Shown here: positions 10,646 to 26,536 of the stretch, in pieces
Layout of the letters: each line of letters opens with the position of its first letter
Position numbering within the stretch: the stretch's first letter is position 1
From: Escherichia coli
GTDB taxonomy: Bacteria; Pseudomonadota; Gammaproteobacteria; Enterobacterales; Enterobacteriaceae
Assembly: GCF_003334355.1 (NCBI RefSeq)
Contig: NZ_QOWP01000008.1
Length of the DNA stretch: 64,000 nucleotides
Strand: one strand, 5' to 3'
Position numbers and translations under genes: made by a program
Notes under the pieces: generated by a model
The model's database searches: none
Told to the model about the DNA's origin: nothing
Seen by the model: only the letters and a program-made list of their open reading frames with translations

Positions 10646-12142
10646 ATGGCTCACCCTCATTTATTAGCGGAAAGAATTTCCCGCCTGAGCAGTTCGTTGG
10701 AAAAGGGGCTTTATGAACGTAGCCACGCCATCCGCTTGTGTTTATTAGCGGCATTAAGTGGTGAAAGTGTGTTCCTCCTTGGCCCGCCAGGTATTGCCAA
10801 AAGTTTGATCGCCCGGCGCTTAAAATTCGCCTTTCAGAATGCCCGCGCGTTTGAATATCTGATGACCCGCTTCTCCACGCCGGAAGAAGTTTTTGGTCCC
10901 CTTTCTATTCAGGCGCTAAAAGATGAAGGGCGCTATGAACGTTTAACCAGCGGTTACCTGCCGGAAGCAGAAATTGTCTTTCTGGATGAGATCTGGAAAG
11001 CGGGCCCGGCAATTCTTAATACCTTGCTCACCGCCATTAACGAGCGCCAGTTCCGCAACGGTGCACACGTAGAAAAAATCCCGATGCGCCTGCTGGTGGC
11101 GGCCTCCAACGAGCTGCCGGAAGCAGACAGCAGTCTGGAAGCGTTATATGACCGCATGCTGATTCGTCTGTGGTTAGATAAAGTGCAGGATAAAGCGAAT
11201 TTCCGCTCCATGCTGACCAGTCAACAGGATGAAAACGACAATCCGGTTCCTGATGCCTTGCAGGTCACAGATGAAGAATATGAACGCTGGCAGAAAGAGA
11301 TTGGTGAAATTACGCTGCCCGATCATGTATTTGAGCTGATTTTTATGCTGCGCCAGCAACTGGATAAATTACCGGATGCGCCTTATGTCTCGGATCGTCG
11401 CTGGAAAAAAGCGATCCGATTATTACAGGCCAGCGCCTTTTTTAGCGGTCGCAGTGCTGTTGCCCCGGTAGATCTCATTTTGCTGAAAGATTGCCTGTGG
11501 TATGACGCGCAAAGCCTGAATTTGATACAACAACAAATTGATGTATTGATGACCGGTCACGCCTGGCAACAGCAAGGGATGTTGACTTGCCTTGGCGCGA
11601 TTGTGCAACGTCACCTGCAACTCCAGCAGCAACAAAGCGATAAAACAGCCTTAACGGTAATTCGTCTGGGCGGCATTTTCAGCCGTCGTCAGCAGTATCA
11701 ACTTCCTGTTAACGTTACTGCTTCCACTCTGACTCTGCTGCTGCAAAAACCGTTAAAATTGCATGATATGGAAGTGGTTCATATCTCCTTTGAGCGTAAC
11801 GCGCTGGAACAGTGGCTGAGTAAAGGTGGTGAAATTCGCGGCAAACTGAACGGTATCGGCTTTGCCCAGAAATTGAATCTGGAAGTGGATAGCGCCCAAC
11901 ATCTTGTTGTACGCGATGTAAGTTTACAAGGCAGTACGCTGGCACTTCCCGGTTCATCGGCTGAAGGTCTGCCAGGTGAAATAAAACAACAACTGGAAGA
12001 GCTTGAAAGCGACTGGCGTAAGCAACACGCTTTATTCAGCGAACAGCAAAAATGTCTGTTTATCCCTGGCGACTGGTTAGGTCGCATTGAAGCCAGCCTA
12101 CAGGATGTCAGTGCACAGATTCGCCAGGCACAACAATGCTAA
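10646..12142 (+). CDS. ravA: AAA+ MoxR-family ATPase RavA
   Basis: ORF-track TTG-initiated 506 aa trimmed to ATG at [11 protein letters not shown] (498 aa); Walker A GPPGIAKS. Confidence 0.9.
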   Translation: MAHPHLLAERISRLSSSLEKGLYERSHAIRLCLLAALSGESVFLLGPPGIAKSLIARRLKFAFQNARAFEYLMTRFSTPEEVFGPLSIQALKDEGRYERLTSGYLPEAEIVFLDEIWKAGPAILNTLLTAINERQFRNGAHVEKIPMRLLVAASNELPEADSSLEALYDRMLIRLWLDKVQDKANFRSMLTSQQDENDNPVPDALQVTDEEYERWQKEIGEITLPDHVFELIFMLRQQLDKLPDAPYVSDRRWKKAIRLLQASAFFSGRSAVAPVDLILLKDCLWYDAQSLNLIQQQIDVLMTGHAWQQQGMLTCLGAIVQRHLQLQQQQSDKTALTVIRLGGIFSRRQQYQLPVNVTASTLTLLLQKPLKLHDMEVVHISFERNALEQWLSKGGEIRGKLNGIGFAQKLNLEVDSAQHLVVRDVSLQGSTLALPGSSAEGLPGEIKQQLEELESDWRKQHALFSEQQKCLFIPGDWLGRIEASLQDVSAQIRQAQQC

Positions 12143-13587
12143 CGCTGGATACGCTTAATGTGATGCTGGCCGTCAGCGAAGAGGGATTGATCGAAGAGAT
12201 GATCATCGCGCTGCTGGCCTCACCGCAGCTGGCAGTCTTCTTTGAAAAATTCCCACGCCTGAAGGCAGCAATCACTGATGATGTTCCCCGCTGGCGTGAG
12301 GCGCTGCGCAGTCGGCTGAAAGATGCCCGAGTCCCGCCAGAACTCACCGAAGAGGTGATGTGCTATCAGCAAAGCCAGCTCCTCTCCACGCCGCAGTTTA
12401 TTGTGCAGCTACCACAGATCCTGGACTTACTGCATCGTCTGAATTCCCCATGGGCAGAACAAGCCCGACAGTTGGTTGATGCTAACAGCGCGATCACTTC
12501 AGCGTTACACACACTTTTTCTCCAGCGTTGGCGTTTAAGTCTGATCGTGCAAGCAACGACGTTAAATCAACAGCTATTAGAAGAAGAACGCGAACAACTG
12601 TTAAGTGAAGTTCAGGAACGCATGACGCTGAGCGGACAACTTGAACCGATTCTCGCAGATAACAATACCGCAGCTGGTCGTCTGTGGGATATGAGCGCCG
12701 GCCAGCTTAAACGTGGCGACTATCAGTTGATTGTGAAATACGGTGAATTTCTTAACGAACAGCCGGAACTGAAACGCCTGGCAGAGCAGCTGGGGCGTTC
12801 TCGGGAAGCCAAATCAATACCGCGCAACGATGCGCAGATGGAAACCTTCCGCACCATGGTGCGCGAACCGGCGACGGTTCCTGAGCAGGTTGATGGTCTG
12901 CAACAAAGCGATGATATTTTACGTCTCCTGCCGCCAGAACTGGCGACACTAGGGATAACGGAACTGGAGTATGAGTTTTACCGTCGGCTGGTGGAAAAAC
13001 AGTTGCTCACCTATCGCCTGCACGGTGAGTCGTGGCGTGAAAAAGTGATCGAACGTCCGGTGGTACATAAAGATTACGATGAACAGCCGCGCGGGCCGTT
13101 TATTGTCTGTGTGGATACTTCCGGCTCAATGGGCGGCTTTAATGAACAGTGTGCGAAAGCGTTCTGCCTGGCCTTGATGCGCATTGCTCTCGCTGAAAAC
13201 CGGCGCTGCTATATTATGCTATTTTCCACCGAGATCGTCCGTTATGAGCTTTCAGGCCCACAAGGCATCGAACAAGCAATCCGTTTTTTAAGCCAGCAGT
13301 TTCGTGGCGGCACCGATCTTGCCAGTTGTTTTCGCGCCATTATGGAACGCTTGCAAAGCAGGGAATGGTTTGATGCCGATGCGGTGGTGATTTCTGATTT
13401 TATCGCTCAGCGGTTGCCTGACGACGTGACGAGTAAAGTGAAAGAGCTGCAGCGGGTACATCAGCATCGCTTTCATGCCGTGGCGATGTCGGCACACGGC
13501 AAACCCGGCATCATGCGCATTTTCGATCATATCTGGCGCTTTGATACCGGGATGCGAAGCCGCCTGCTCAGACGCTGGCGGCGATAA
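12136..13587 (+). CDS. viaA: VWA-domain protein ViaA (RavA partner)
   Basis: 483 aa; C-terminal VWA/MIDAS motif (DTSGSM); start overlaps the ravA stop by 7 nt. Confidence 0.9.
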   Translation: MLTLDTLNVMLAVSEEGLIEEMIIALLASPQLAVFFEKFPRLKAAITDDVPRWREALRSRLKDARVPPELTEEVMCYQQSQLLSTPQFIVQLPQILDLLHRLNSPWAEQARQLVDANSAITSALHTLFLQRWRLSLIVQATTLNQQLLEEEREQLLSEVQERMTLSGQLEPILADNNTAAGRLWDMSAGQLKRGDYQLIVKYGEFLNEQPELKRLAEQLGRSREAKSIPRNDAQMETFRTMVREPATVPEQVDGLQQSDDILRLLPPELATLGITELEYEFYRRLVEKQLLTYRLHGESWREKVIERPVVHKDYDEQPRGPFIVCVDTSGSMGGFNEQCAKAFCLALMRIALAENRRCYIMLFSTEIVRYELSGPQGIEQAIRFLSQQFRGGTDLASCFRAIMERLQSREWFDADAVVISDFIAQRLPDDVTSKVKELQRVHQHRFHAVAMSAHGKPGIMRIFDHIWRFDTGMRSRLLRRWRR

Positions 13588-13591
13588 ATTA

Positions 13592-14584
13592 TTACAGCAG
13601 AGAAGGGACGCTCTCGCGAACAGCAGCTGGCCATACTCCACACTGAACCTGGCCGATATGCGGCAGTTGCAGCAGCAGCATAGTCAAACGAGACTGGCCG
13701 ATACCGCCGCCGATGGTCTGCGGCATTTCACCGCGCAGCAGCGCCTGATGCCACTCCAGCTCCAGGCGATCTTCGTCACCGGTCAGCGCCAGTTGATGCT
13801 TCAGCGTGTCGGCATCTACACGGATCCCCATGGAGGAAAGCTCAAACGCATCTTCCAGTACCGGGTTCCACACCAGAATATCGCCGTTCAGACCCGCATG
13901 GCCCAGCTCTGACGGGGTGCTCCAGTCATCATAATCCGGTGCGCGCACGTCGTGGCGATGACCATCGCTCAGCTTGCCGCCAATCCCGACAAGGAATACC
14001 GCGCCAAGATCTTTCGCTATCGCCCGCTCACGCCCTTTGGCATCGAGATCCGGATAACGAGACAGTAACTCCTGGCTGTGTACGAAGTGGATCTGATCCG
14101 GCAGGAACGGTGCCAGGCCAAACTCTTCGCTAACCGCAGCTTCGGTTGCTTTAATTCCCGCCCAGATCGCCTCTACCGTGCTTTTCAGAGTCGAGAATTG
14201 ACGCTCACCGTCGCCCATTACGCGTTCCCAGTCCCACTGGTCAACATAGACCGAGTGCAACGGAGAAAGACGGTCTTCATCGGGGCGAAGGGCTTTCATG
14301 TGCGTGTACAGCCCTTCGCCCGCGCTGAAGTCGTGTTGCCCTAAGGTCTGACGTTTCCACTTCGCCAGTGAATGAACCACTTCGAACTGGGCATCAGGCA
14401 GAGCTTTCACTTTTACCTGCACCGCTTTTTCACAGCCCGACAAGTTATCCTGCGTGCCATCCCCCACACGGCTAAGAATCGGCGCCTGGACTTCGATCAG
14501 CCCCAGACGTTCTTCCAGTTGGCGAGAAAAGTGAGATTTCACGAAGCTAATTTGGCGTTGTTTGGCAATGTAAGCGGTTTTCAT
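13592..14584 (-). CDS. asnA: Aspartate-ammonia ligase (asparagine synthetase A) AsnA
   Basis: 330 aa; recognised as AsnA; divergent from asnC. Confidence 0.95.
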
Positions 14585-14735
14585 TTTTTATACTCCTGCG
14601 TCCTGTTGCTTATGATTAAGCAACAAAAACCGACACACATGCAATAATCATTCAATAAAAAGCCTAACACACTTTTGATTCATTAAAAAAGAAGGCTAAA
14701 ATAGAATGAATCATCAATCTGCATAAGAAAATCCT

Positions 14736-15194
14736 ATGGAAAATTATCTGATCGACAATCTGGACCGTGGCATCCTGGAAGCATTAATGGGCAATGCGCG
14801 CACCGCTTACGCCGAACTGGCGAAACAATTTGGCGTCAGTCCGGGGACGATTCACGTTCGAGTAGAGAAAATGAAGCAGGCGGGGATCATTACCGGGGCG
14901 CGTATTGATGTCAGCCCGAAGCAGCTCGGTTATGACGTAGGCTGCTTTATCGGCATTATATTAAAGAGCGCCAAAGACTACCCTTCCGCGCTGGCAAAGC
15001 TGGAAAGCCTTGATGAAGTCACTGAAGCCTATTACACAACCGGCCACTACAGCATCTTTATAAAAGTGATGTGCCGTTCGATCGACGCTCTCCAGCATGT
15101 ACTTATCAACAAGATCCAAACAATTGATGAAATTCAGTCCACCGAGACATTGATCGTCCTGCAAAACCCGATCATGCGTACCATCAAGCCATAA
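14736..15194 (+). CDS. asnC: Lrp/AsnC-family transcriptional regulator AsnC
   Basis: 152 aa; N-terminal HTH and C-terminal RAM domain; recognised as AsnC. Confidence 0.9.
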   Translation: MENYLIDNLDRGILEALMGNARTAYAELAKQFGVSPGTIHVRVEKMKQAGIITGARIDVSPKQLGYDVGCFIGIILKSAKDYPSALAKLESLDEVTEAYYTTGHYSIFIKVMCRSIDALQHVLINKIQTIDEIQSTETLIVLQNPIMRTIKP

Positions 15195-15283
15195 TCGGCT
15201 TTTTTAATCCCATACTTTTCCACAGGTAGATCCCAACGCGTTCACAGCGTACAATACGCCACTCTTAATAAAGGTGGCGGTTT

Positions 15284-15727
15284 ATGGCAGATATCACTCT
15301 TATCAGCGGCAGCACCCTCGGCGGTGCCGAATATGTAGCAGAACACCTGGCTGAAAAGCTGGAAGAGGCGGGTTTTACCACCGAAACGCTGCACGGTCCG
15401 CTGTTGGAAGATTTATCTGCCTCGGGGATCTGGCTGATTATCAGCTCCACCCACGGTGCCGGAGATATTCCGGACAACCTTTCTCCTTTCTATGAAGCAT
15501 TGCAGGAACAGAAGCCCGATCTTTCTGCGGTCCGCTTTGGCGCAATCGGTATTGGTAGTCGTGAATATGACACCTTTTGTGGGGCTATCGATAAACTCGA
15601 GGCAGAACTCAAAAATTCCGGTGCAAAACAGACAGGCGAAACACTGAAGATCAACATTCTTGATCACGACATTCCGGAAGATCCGGCAGAAGAATGGCTG
15701 GGATCGTGGATTAATTTACTCAAATAA
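15284..15727 (+). CDS. mioC: Flavodoxin-like FMN-binding protein MioC
   Basis: 147 aa flavodoxin fold; adjacent to oriC; recognised as MioC. Confidence 0.9.
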   Translation: MADITLISGSTLGGAEYVAEHLAEKLEEAGFTTETLHGPLLEDLSASGIWLIISSTHGAGDIPDNLSPFYEALQEQKPDLSAVRFGAIGIGSREYDTFCGAIDKLEAELKNSGAKQTGETLKINILDHDIPEDPAEEWLGSWINLLK

Positions 15728-15744
15728 GTATACAGATCGTGCGA

Positions 15745-16000
15745 TCTACTGTGGATAACTCTGTCAGGAAGCTTGGATCAACCGGTAGTTATCCAAAGAA
15801 CAACCGTTGTTCAGTTTTTGAGTTGTGTATAACCCCTCATTCTGATCCCAGCTTATACGGTCCAGGATCACCGATCATTCACAGTTAATGATCCTTTCCA
15901 GGTTGTTGATCTTAAAAGCAGGATCCTTGTTATCCACAGGGCAGTGCGATCCTAATAAGAGATCACAATAGAACAGATCTCTAAATAAATAGATCTTCTT
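15745..16000. other. oriC: Chromosomal replication origin oriC (DnaA boxes R4 to R1, AT-rich 13-mer DNA unwinding element, dense GATC sites)
   Basis: Seen in sequence: tgtggataa (R4) at ~15750-15758, ttatccaca (R1) at ~15930-15938 and ttgtgtataa (R2-like) at ~15823-15832. The three 13-mers GATCTCTTATTAG, GATCTGTTCTATT and GATCTATTTATTT occur as reverse complements at ~15952-15995. The segment is densely populated with GATC sites. Confidence 0.92.
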
Positions 16001-16105
16001 TTTAATACCCAGGATCCCAGGTCTTTCTCAAGCCGACAAAGTTGAGTAGAATCCACGGCCCGGGCTTCAATCCATTTTCATACCGCGTTATGCGAGGCAA
16101 TCACC

Positions 16106-17995
16106 ATGTTTTATCCGGATCCTTTTGACGTCATCATCATTGGCGGGGGTCATGCAGGCACCGAGGCCGCGATGGCCGCGGCGCGTATGGGTCAACAGAC
16201 TCTGCTTTTGACACACAATATCGACACTCTGGGGCAGATGAGCTGCAACCCGGCGATCGGCGGTATTGGGAAGGGACATCTGGTAAAAGAAGTGGATGCA
16301 CTCGGCGGTCTGATGGCGAAAGCGATCGATCAAGCGGGTATCCAGTTTAGGATACTAAACGCAAGCAAAGGACCGGCGGTTCGCGCTACCCGAGCTCAGG
16401 CGGATCGTGTGCTCTACCGTCAGGCGGTACGTACGGCGCTGGAGAACCAACCGAACCTGATGATCTTCCAGCAGGCGGTTGAAGATCTTATTGTCGAAAA
16501 CGATCGCGTGGTCGGTGCTGTTACCCAAATGGGACTGAAGTTCCGTGCCAAAGCCGTCGTGCTCACCGTTGGGACATTCCTCGACGGTAAAATTCATATC
16601 GGTCTGGATAATTACAGCGGTGGCCGTGCTGGTGATCCGCCGTCCATTCCGCTTTCTCGCCGTTTGCGTGAACTGCCGCTGCGCGTTGGTCGTCTGAAAA
16701 CCGGGACACCACCGCGTATTGATGCTCGAACTATCGACTTTAGTGTGCTGGCGCAACAGCATGGCGATAACCCAATGCCGGTATTCTCGTTTATGGGCAA
16801 TGCGTCCCAGCATCCCCAGCAGGTGCCGTGTTATATCACTCATACCAACGAGAAAACCCATGATGTGATCCGCAGTAACCTCGATCGTAGCCCAATGTAT
16901 GCAGGGGTGATCGAAGGTGTCGGCCCACGCTACTGCCCGTCGATCGAAGACAAAGTCATGCGCTTCGCCGACAGAAATCAGCATCAGATCTTCCTTGAAC
17001 CGGAAGGACTGACCTCTAACGAAATTTATCCGAACGGTATCTCCACCAGCCTGCCGTTCGATGTGCAGATGCAAATCGTCCGCTCTATGCAGGGGATGGA
17101 AAACGCGAAGATCGTGCGTCCGGGTTATGCCATTGAGTATGACTTCTTCGATCCTCGCGACCTGAAACCGACGCTGGAGAGCAAGTTTATCCAGGGGCTG
17201 TTCTTTGCTGGTCAGATTAACGGCACTACCGGTTACGAAGAAGCCGCTGCGCAAGGTTTACTGGCCGGTCTTAACGCTGCCCGTCTGTCTGCTGACAAAG
17301 AAGGTTGGGCTCCGGCGCGTTCTCAGGCGTATCTCGGCGTACTGGTTGATGACCTGTGCACTTTAGGAACCAAAGAACCGTATCGTATGTTTACCTCGCG
17401 CGCAGAATATCGTCTGATGCTGCGCGAAGATAATGCGGATCTGCGTTTGACTGAAATCGGTCGTGAACTGGGCCTGGTGGATGACGAACGTTGGGCGCGC
17501 TTTAACGAGAAACTTGAGAATATCGAGCGTGAGCGTCAGCGTCTGAAATCGACCTGGGTAACCCCGTCGGCGGAAGCTGCAGCCGAAGTGAATGCTCACC
17601 TGACTGCGCCGCTTTCCCGTGAAGCCAGTGGTGAAGATCTGCTGCGTCGTCCGGAAATGACTTATGAAAAATTAACCACGCTGACGCCGTTTGCCCCTGC
17701 GTTGACAGACGAACAGGCGGCGGAACAGGTTGAGATTCAGGTTAAATACGAAGGTTATATCGCGCGCCAGCAAGATGAGATCGAAAAGCAGCTGCGTAAC
17801 GAGAACACCCTGCTACCCGCGACACTGGATTACCGCCAGGTATCCGGTCTTTCTAACGAAGTGATCGCCAAACTTAACGATCACAAACCGGCCTCTATCG
17901 GCCAGGCTTCACGTATTTCTGGCGTCACGCCTGCGGCCATCTCCATTCTGCTGGTGTGGCTGAAAAAACAGGGTATGCTGCGTCGTAGCGCATAA
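16106..17995 (+). CDS. mnmG: tRNA uridine 5-carboxymethylaminomethyl modification enzyme MnmG (GidA)
   Basis: 629 aa; N-terminal FAD-binding GXGXXG (IIGGGHAG); recognised as GidA/MnmG. Confidence 0.95.
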
Positions 17996-18058
17996 CACAT
18001 TAAAAATGCCTGGTAAGCACCCGCTTACCAGGCAACGCATCAAGAACAGGTAATCACC

Positions 18059-18682
18059 GTGCTCAACAAACTCTCCTTACTGCTGAAAGACGCAGGTATT
18101 TCGCTTACCGATCACCAGAAAAACCAGCTTATTGCCTACGTGAATATGCTGCATAAATGGAACAAAGCGTACAACCTGACTTCGGTCCGCGATCCTAATG
18201 AGATGCTGGTACGCCATATTCTCGATAGCATTGTGGTGGCACCGTATCTGCAAGGTGAACGGTTTATCGATGTCGGCACCGGACCAGGACTGCCAGGCAT
18301 TCCACTCTCTATCGTGCGTCCTGAAGCCCATTTCACTCTGTTGGATAGTCTTGGTAAACGCGTGCGTTTCCTTCGTCAGGTGCAACATGAGCTTAAACTG
18401 GAGAATATTGAACCAGTACAGAGCAGGGTAGAAGAGTTTCCTTCAGAGCCGCCATTTGATGGCGTAATTAGCCGCGCTTTTGCCTCTCTGAACGATATGG
18501 TGAGCTGGTGCCACCATCTTCCTGGTGAGCAAGGCCGTTTCTACGCGCTGAAAGGGCAAATGCCGGAAGATGAAATCGCTTTGTTGCCCGAAGAATATCA
18601 GGTCGAATCAGTGGTTAAACTTCAGGTTCCAGCCCTGGATGGCGAACGTCATCTGGTGGTGATTAAAGCAAATAAAATTTAA
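18059..18682 (+). CDS. rsmG: 16S rRNA m7G527 methyltransferase RsmG (GidB)
   Basis: 207 aa, GTG start; SAM-binding motif ([11 protein letters not shown]); recognised as GidB/RsmG. Confidence 0.9.
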
Positions 18683-19298
18683 TTTTTATCAAAAAAATCA
18701 TAAAAAATTGACCAGTTAGACTGTTAACAACAACCAGGTTTTCTACTGATATAACTGGTTACATTTAACGCCACGTTCACTCTTTTGCATCAACAAGATA
18801 ACGTGGCTTTTTTTGGTAAGCAGAAAATAAGTCATTAGTGAAAATATCAGTCTGCTAAAAATCGGCGCTAAGAACCATCATTGGCTGTTAAAACATTATT
18901 AAAAATGTCAATGGGTGGTTTTTGTTGTGTAAATGTCATTTATTAAAACAGTATCTGTTTTTAGACTGAAATATCATAAACTTGCAAAGGCATCATTTGC
19001 CAAGTAAATAAATATGCTGTGCGCGAACATGCGCAATATGTGATCTGAAGCACGCTTTATCACCAGTGTTTACGCGTTATTTACAGTTTTTCATGATCGA
19101 ACAGGGTTAGCAGAAAAGTCGCAATTGTATGCACTGGAAAAATATTTAAACATTTATTCACCTTTTGGCTACTTATTGTTTGAAATCACGGGGGCGCACC
19201 GTATAATTTGACCGCTTTTTGATGCTTGACTCTAAGCCTTAAAGAAAGTTTTATACGACACGCGGCATACCTCGAAGGGAGCAGGAGTGAAAAACGTG

Positions 19299-20503
<1,205 letters not shown>

Positions 20504-20531
20504 TTTACCAACACTACTACGTTTTAACTGA

Positions 20532-20806
<275 letters not shown>

Positions 20807-20850
20807 TAAAGAGCAATATCAGAACGTTAACTAAATAGAGGCATTGTGCT

Positions 20851-21321
20851 GTGAATCTTAACGCAACAATCCTCGGCCAGGCCATCGCGTTTGTCCTGTT
20901 CGTTCTGTTCTGCATGAAGTACGTATGGCCGCCATTAATGGCAGCCATCGAAAAACGTCAAAAAGAAATTGCTGACGGCCTTGCTTCCGCAGAACGAGCA
21001 CATAAGGACCTTGACCTTGCAAAGGCCAGCGCGACCGACCAGCTGAAAAAAGCGAAAGCGGAAGCCCAGGTAATCATCGAGCAGGCGAACAAACGCCGCT
21101 CGCAGATTCTGGACGAAGCGAAAGCTGAGGCAGAACAGGAACGTACTAAAATCGTGGCCCAGGCGCAGGCGGAAATTGAAGCCGAGCGTAAACGTGCCCG
21201 TGAAGAGCTGCGTAAGCAAGTTGCTATCCTGGCTGTTGCTGGCGCCGAGAAGATCATCGAACGTTCCGTGGATGAAGCTGCTAACAGCGACATCGTGGAT
21301 AAACTTGTCGCTGAACTGTAA
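20851..21321 (+). CDS. atpF: F0F1 ATP synthase subunit b
   Basis: 156 aa, GTG start; N-terminal TM helix then long charged coiled coil. Confidence 0.95.
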
Positions 21322-21335
21322 GGAGGGAGGGGCTG

Positions 21336-21869
21336 ATGTCTGAATTTATTACGGTAGCTCGCCCCTACGCCAAAGCAGCTTTTGACTTTGCCGTCGAACA
21401 CCAAAGTGTAGAACGCTGGCAGGACATGCTGGCGTTTGCCGCCGAGGTAACCAAAAACGAACAAATGGCAGAGCTTCTCTCTGGCGCGCTTGCGCCAGAA
21501 ACGCTCGCCGAGTCGTTTATCGCAGTTTGTGGTGAGCAACTGGACGAAAACGGTCAGAACCTGATTCGGGTTATGGCTGAAAATGGTCGTCTTAACGCGC
21601 TCCCGGATGTTCTGGAGCAGTTTATTCACCTGCGTGCCGTGAGTGAGGCTACCGCTGAGGTAGACGTCATTTCCGCTGCCGCACTGAGTGAACAACAGCT
21701 CGCGAAAATTTCTGCTGCGATGGAAAAACGTCTGTCACGCAAAGTTAAGCTGAATTGCAAAATCGATAAGTCTGTAATGGCAGGCGTTATCATCCGAGCG
21801 GGTGATATGGTCATTGATGGCAGCGTACGCGGTCGTCTTGAGCGCCTTGCAGACGTCTTGCAGTCTTAA
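21336..21869 (+). CDS. atpH: F0F1 ATP synthase subunit delta
   Basis: 177 aa; recognised; operon order. Confidence 0.95.
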
Positions 21870-21881
21870 GGGGACTGGAGC

Positions 21882-23423
21882 ATGCAACTGAATTCCACCG
21901 AAATCAGCGAACTGATCAAGCAGCGCATTGCTCAGTTCAATGTTGTGAGTGAAGCTCACAACGAAGGTACTATTGTTTCTGTAAGTGACGGTGTTATCCG
22001 CATTCACGGCCTGGCCGATTGTATGCAGGGTGAAATGATCTCCCTGCCGGGTAACCGTTACGCTATCGCACTGAACCTCGAGCGCGACTCTGTAGGTGCG
22101 GTTGTTATGGGTCCGTACGCTGACCTTGCCGAAGGCATGAAAGTTAAGTGTACTGGCCGTATCCTGGAAGTTCCGGTTGGCCGTGGCCTGCTGGGCCGTG
22201 TGGTTAACACTCTGGGTGCACCAATCGACGGTAAAGGTCCGCTGGATCACGACGGCTTCTCTGCTGTAGAAGCAATCGCTCCGGGCGTTATCGAACGTCA
22301 GTCTGTAGATCAGCCGGTACAGACCGGTTATAAAGCCGTTGACTCCATGATCCCAATCGGTCGTGGTCAGCGTGAATTGATCATCGGTGACCGTCAGACA
22401 GGTAAAACCGCACTGGCTATCGATGCCATCATCAACCAGCGCGATTCCGGTATCAAATGTATCTATGTCGCTATCGGCCAGAAAGCGTCCACCATTTCTA
22501 ACGTGGTACGTAAACTGGAAGAGCACGGCGCACTGGCTAACACCATCGTTGTGGTAGCAACCGCGTCTGAATCCGCTGCACTGCAATACCTGGCACCGTA
22601 TGCCGGTTGCGCAATGGGCGAATACTTCCGTGACCGCGGTGAAGATGCGCTGATCATTTACGATGACCTGTCTAAACAGGCTGTTGCTTACCGTCAGATC
22701 TCCCTGCTGCTCCGTCGTCCGCCAGGACGTGAAGCATTCCCGGGCGACGTTTTCTACCTCCACTCTCGTCTGCTGGAGCGTGCTGCACGTGTTAACGCCG
22801 AATACGTTGAAGCCTTCACCAAAGGTGAAGTGAAAGGGAAAACCGGTTCTCTGACCGCACTGCCGATTATCGAAACTCAGGCGGGTGACGTTTCTGCGTT
22901 CGTTCCGACCAACGTAATCTCCATTACCGATGGTCAGATCTTCCTGGAAACCAACCTGTTCAACGCCGGTATTCGTCCTGCGGTTAACCCGGGTATTTCC
23001 GTATCCCGTGTTGGTGGTGCAGCACAGACCAAGATCATGAAAAAACTGTCCGGTGGTATCCGTACCGCTCTGGCACAGTATCGTGAACTGGCAGCGTTCT
23101 CTCAGTTTGCATCCGACCTTGACGATGCAACACGTAAGCAGCTTGACCACGGTCAGAAAGTGACCGAACTGCTGAAACAGAAACAGTATGCGCCGATGTC
23201 CGTTGCGCAGCAGTCTCTGGTTCTGTTCGCAGCAGAACGTGGTTACCTGGCGGATGTTGAACTGTCGAAAATTGGCAGCTTCGAAGCCGCTCTGCTGGCT
23301 TACGTCGACCGTGATCACGCTCCGTTGATGCAAGAGATCAACCAGACCGGTGGCTACAACGACGAAATCGAAGGCAAGCTGAAAGGCATCCTCGATTCCT
23401 TCAAAGCAACCCAATCCTGGTAA
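21882..23423 (+). CDS. atpA: F0F1 ATP synthase subunit alpha
   Basis: 513 aa; P-loop GDRQTGKT; recognised. Confidence 0.97.
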
Positions 23424-23473
23424 CGTCTGGCGGCTTGCCTTAGGGCAGGCCGCAAGGCATTGAGGAGAAGCTC

Positions 23474-25746
<2,273 letters not shown>

Positions 25747-25766
25747 CGCCTTAATCGGAGGGTGAT

Positions 25767-26186
25767 ATGGCAATGACTTACCACCTGGACGTCGTCAGCG
25801 CAGAGCAACAAATGTTCTCTGGTCTGGTCGAGAAAATCCAGGTAACGGGTAGCGAAGGTGAACTGGGGATCTACCCTGGCCACGCACCGCTGCTCACCGC
25901 CATTAAGCCTGGTATGATTCGCATCGTGAAACAGCACGGTCACGAAGAGTTTATCTATCTGTCTGGCGGCATTCTTGAAGTGCAGCCTGGCAACGTGACC
26001 GTTCTGGCCGACACCGCAATTCGCGGCCAGGATCTCGACGAAGCGCGAGCCATGGAAGCGAAACGTAAGGCTGAAGAGCACATTAGCAGCTCTCACGGCG
26101 ACGTAGATTACGCTCAGGCGTCTGCGGAACTGGCCAAAGCGATCGCGCAGCTGCGCGTTATCGAGTTGACCAAAAAAGCGATGTAA
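25767..26186 (+). CDS. atpC: F0F1 ATP synthase subunit epsilon
   Basis: 139 aa; recognised. Confidence 0.95.
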
Positions 26187-26204
26187 CACCGGCTTGAAAA
26201 GCAC

Positions 26205-26238
26205 AAAAGCCAGTCTGGAAACAGGCTGGCTTTTTTTT
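26205..26238 (+). terminator. Rho-independent terminator of the atp operon
   Basis: GC-rich hairpin aaaagccagtctggaaacaggctggc followed by a T8 run, 20 nt after the atpC stop. Confidence 0.85.
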
Positions 26239-26536
26239 ACGCGTGATCCGTCCTGAAGAGCGTTCACATAGATCCTGCTGATATAAAACACCCCTGTTTT
26301 CCCGTTTATTCATTGATCGAAATAAGAGCAAAAACATCCACCTGACGCTTAAATGAAGGTACTGCCTTAATTTTCTGCAGACAAAAGGCGTGACGATGGT
26401 CGAAAATGGCACTTTCGTCAGCGGGGATAATCCGTTATTGAACAATTTATCCTCTGTCCATTTCACGATGAAAAAAATGTAGTTTTTTCAAGGTGAAGCG
26501 GTTTAAATTCGTTCTCAAATTACAGTCAGGACGCGT

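Noticed and set aside
13288-13912. ORFs 13288-13641 (minus, 117 aa) and 13475-13912 (plus, 145 aa) around the viaA/asnA junction
   Set aside because: Both overlap the well-supported viaA or asnA CDS in alternative frames and lack RBS; spurious.
15780-16100. Small ORF 16088-16333 (minus, 81 aa) reading from mnmG into oriC
   Set aside because: It overlaps the mnmG start and the oriC right end, with no RBS; the region is occupied by the mnmG promoter and origin sequences.
21735-23414. A 559-aa ORF antisense to atpH-atpA, plus similar long antisense ORFs opposite mnmG (16355-17254), atpF/atpH (20958-21695), atpD (25153-26291), pstC (31471-32187), pstA (32562-33200), pstB (33332-34111), phoU (34135-34896), gyrB (60940-61842, 62737-63477) and others
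   Set aside because: In each case I checked, the antisense frame is codon-aligned with the sense gene (same triplet boundaries). Stops in that frame correspond to the sense codons TTA, CTA and TCA, which are rare in highly expressed E. coli genes, so long open antisense frames are an expected by-product of codon bias. None has a convincing RBS or start context, and the sense products are unambiguous housekeeping proteins.
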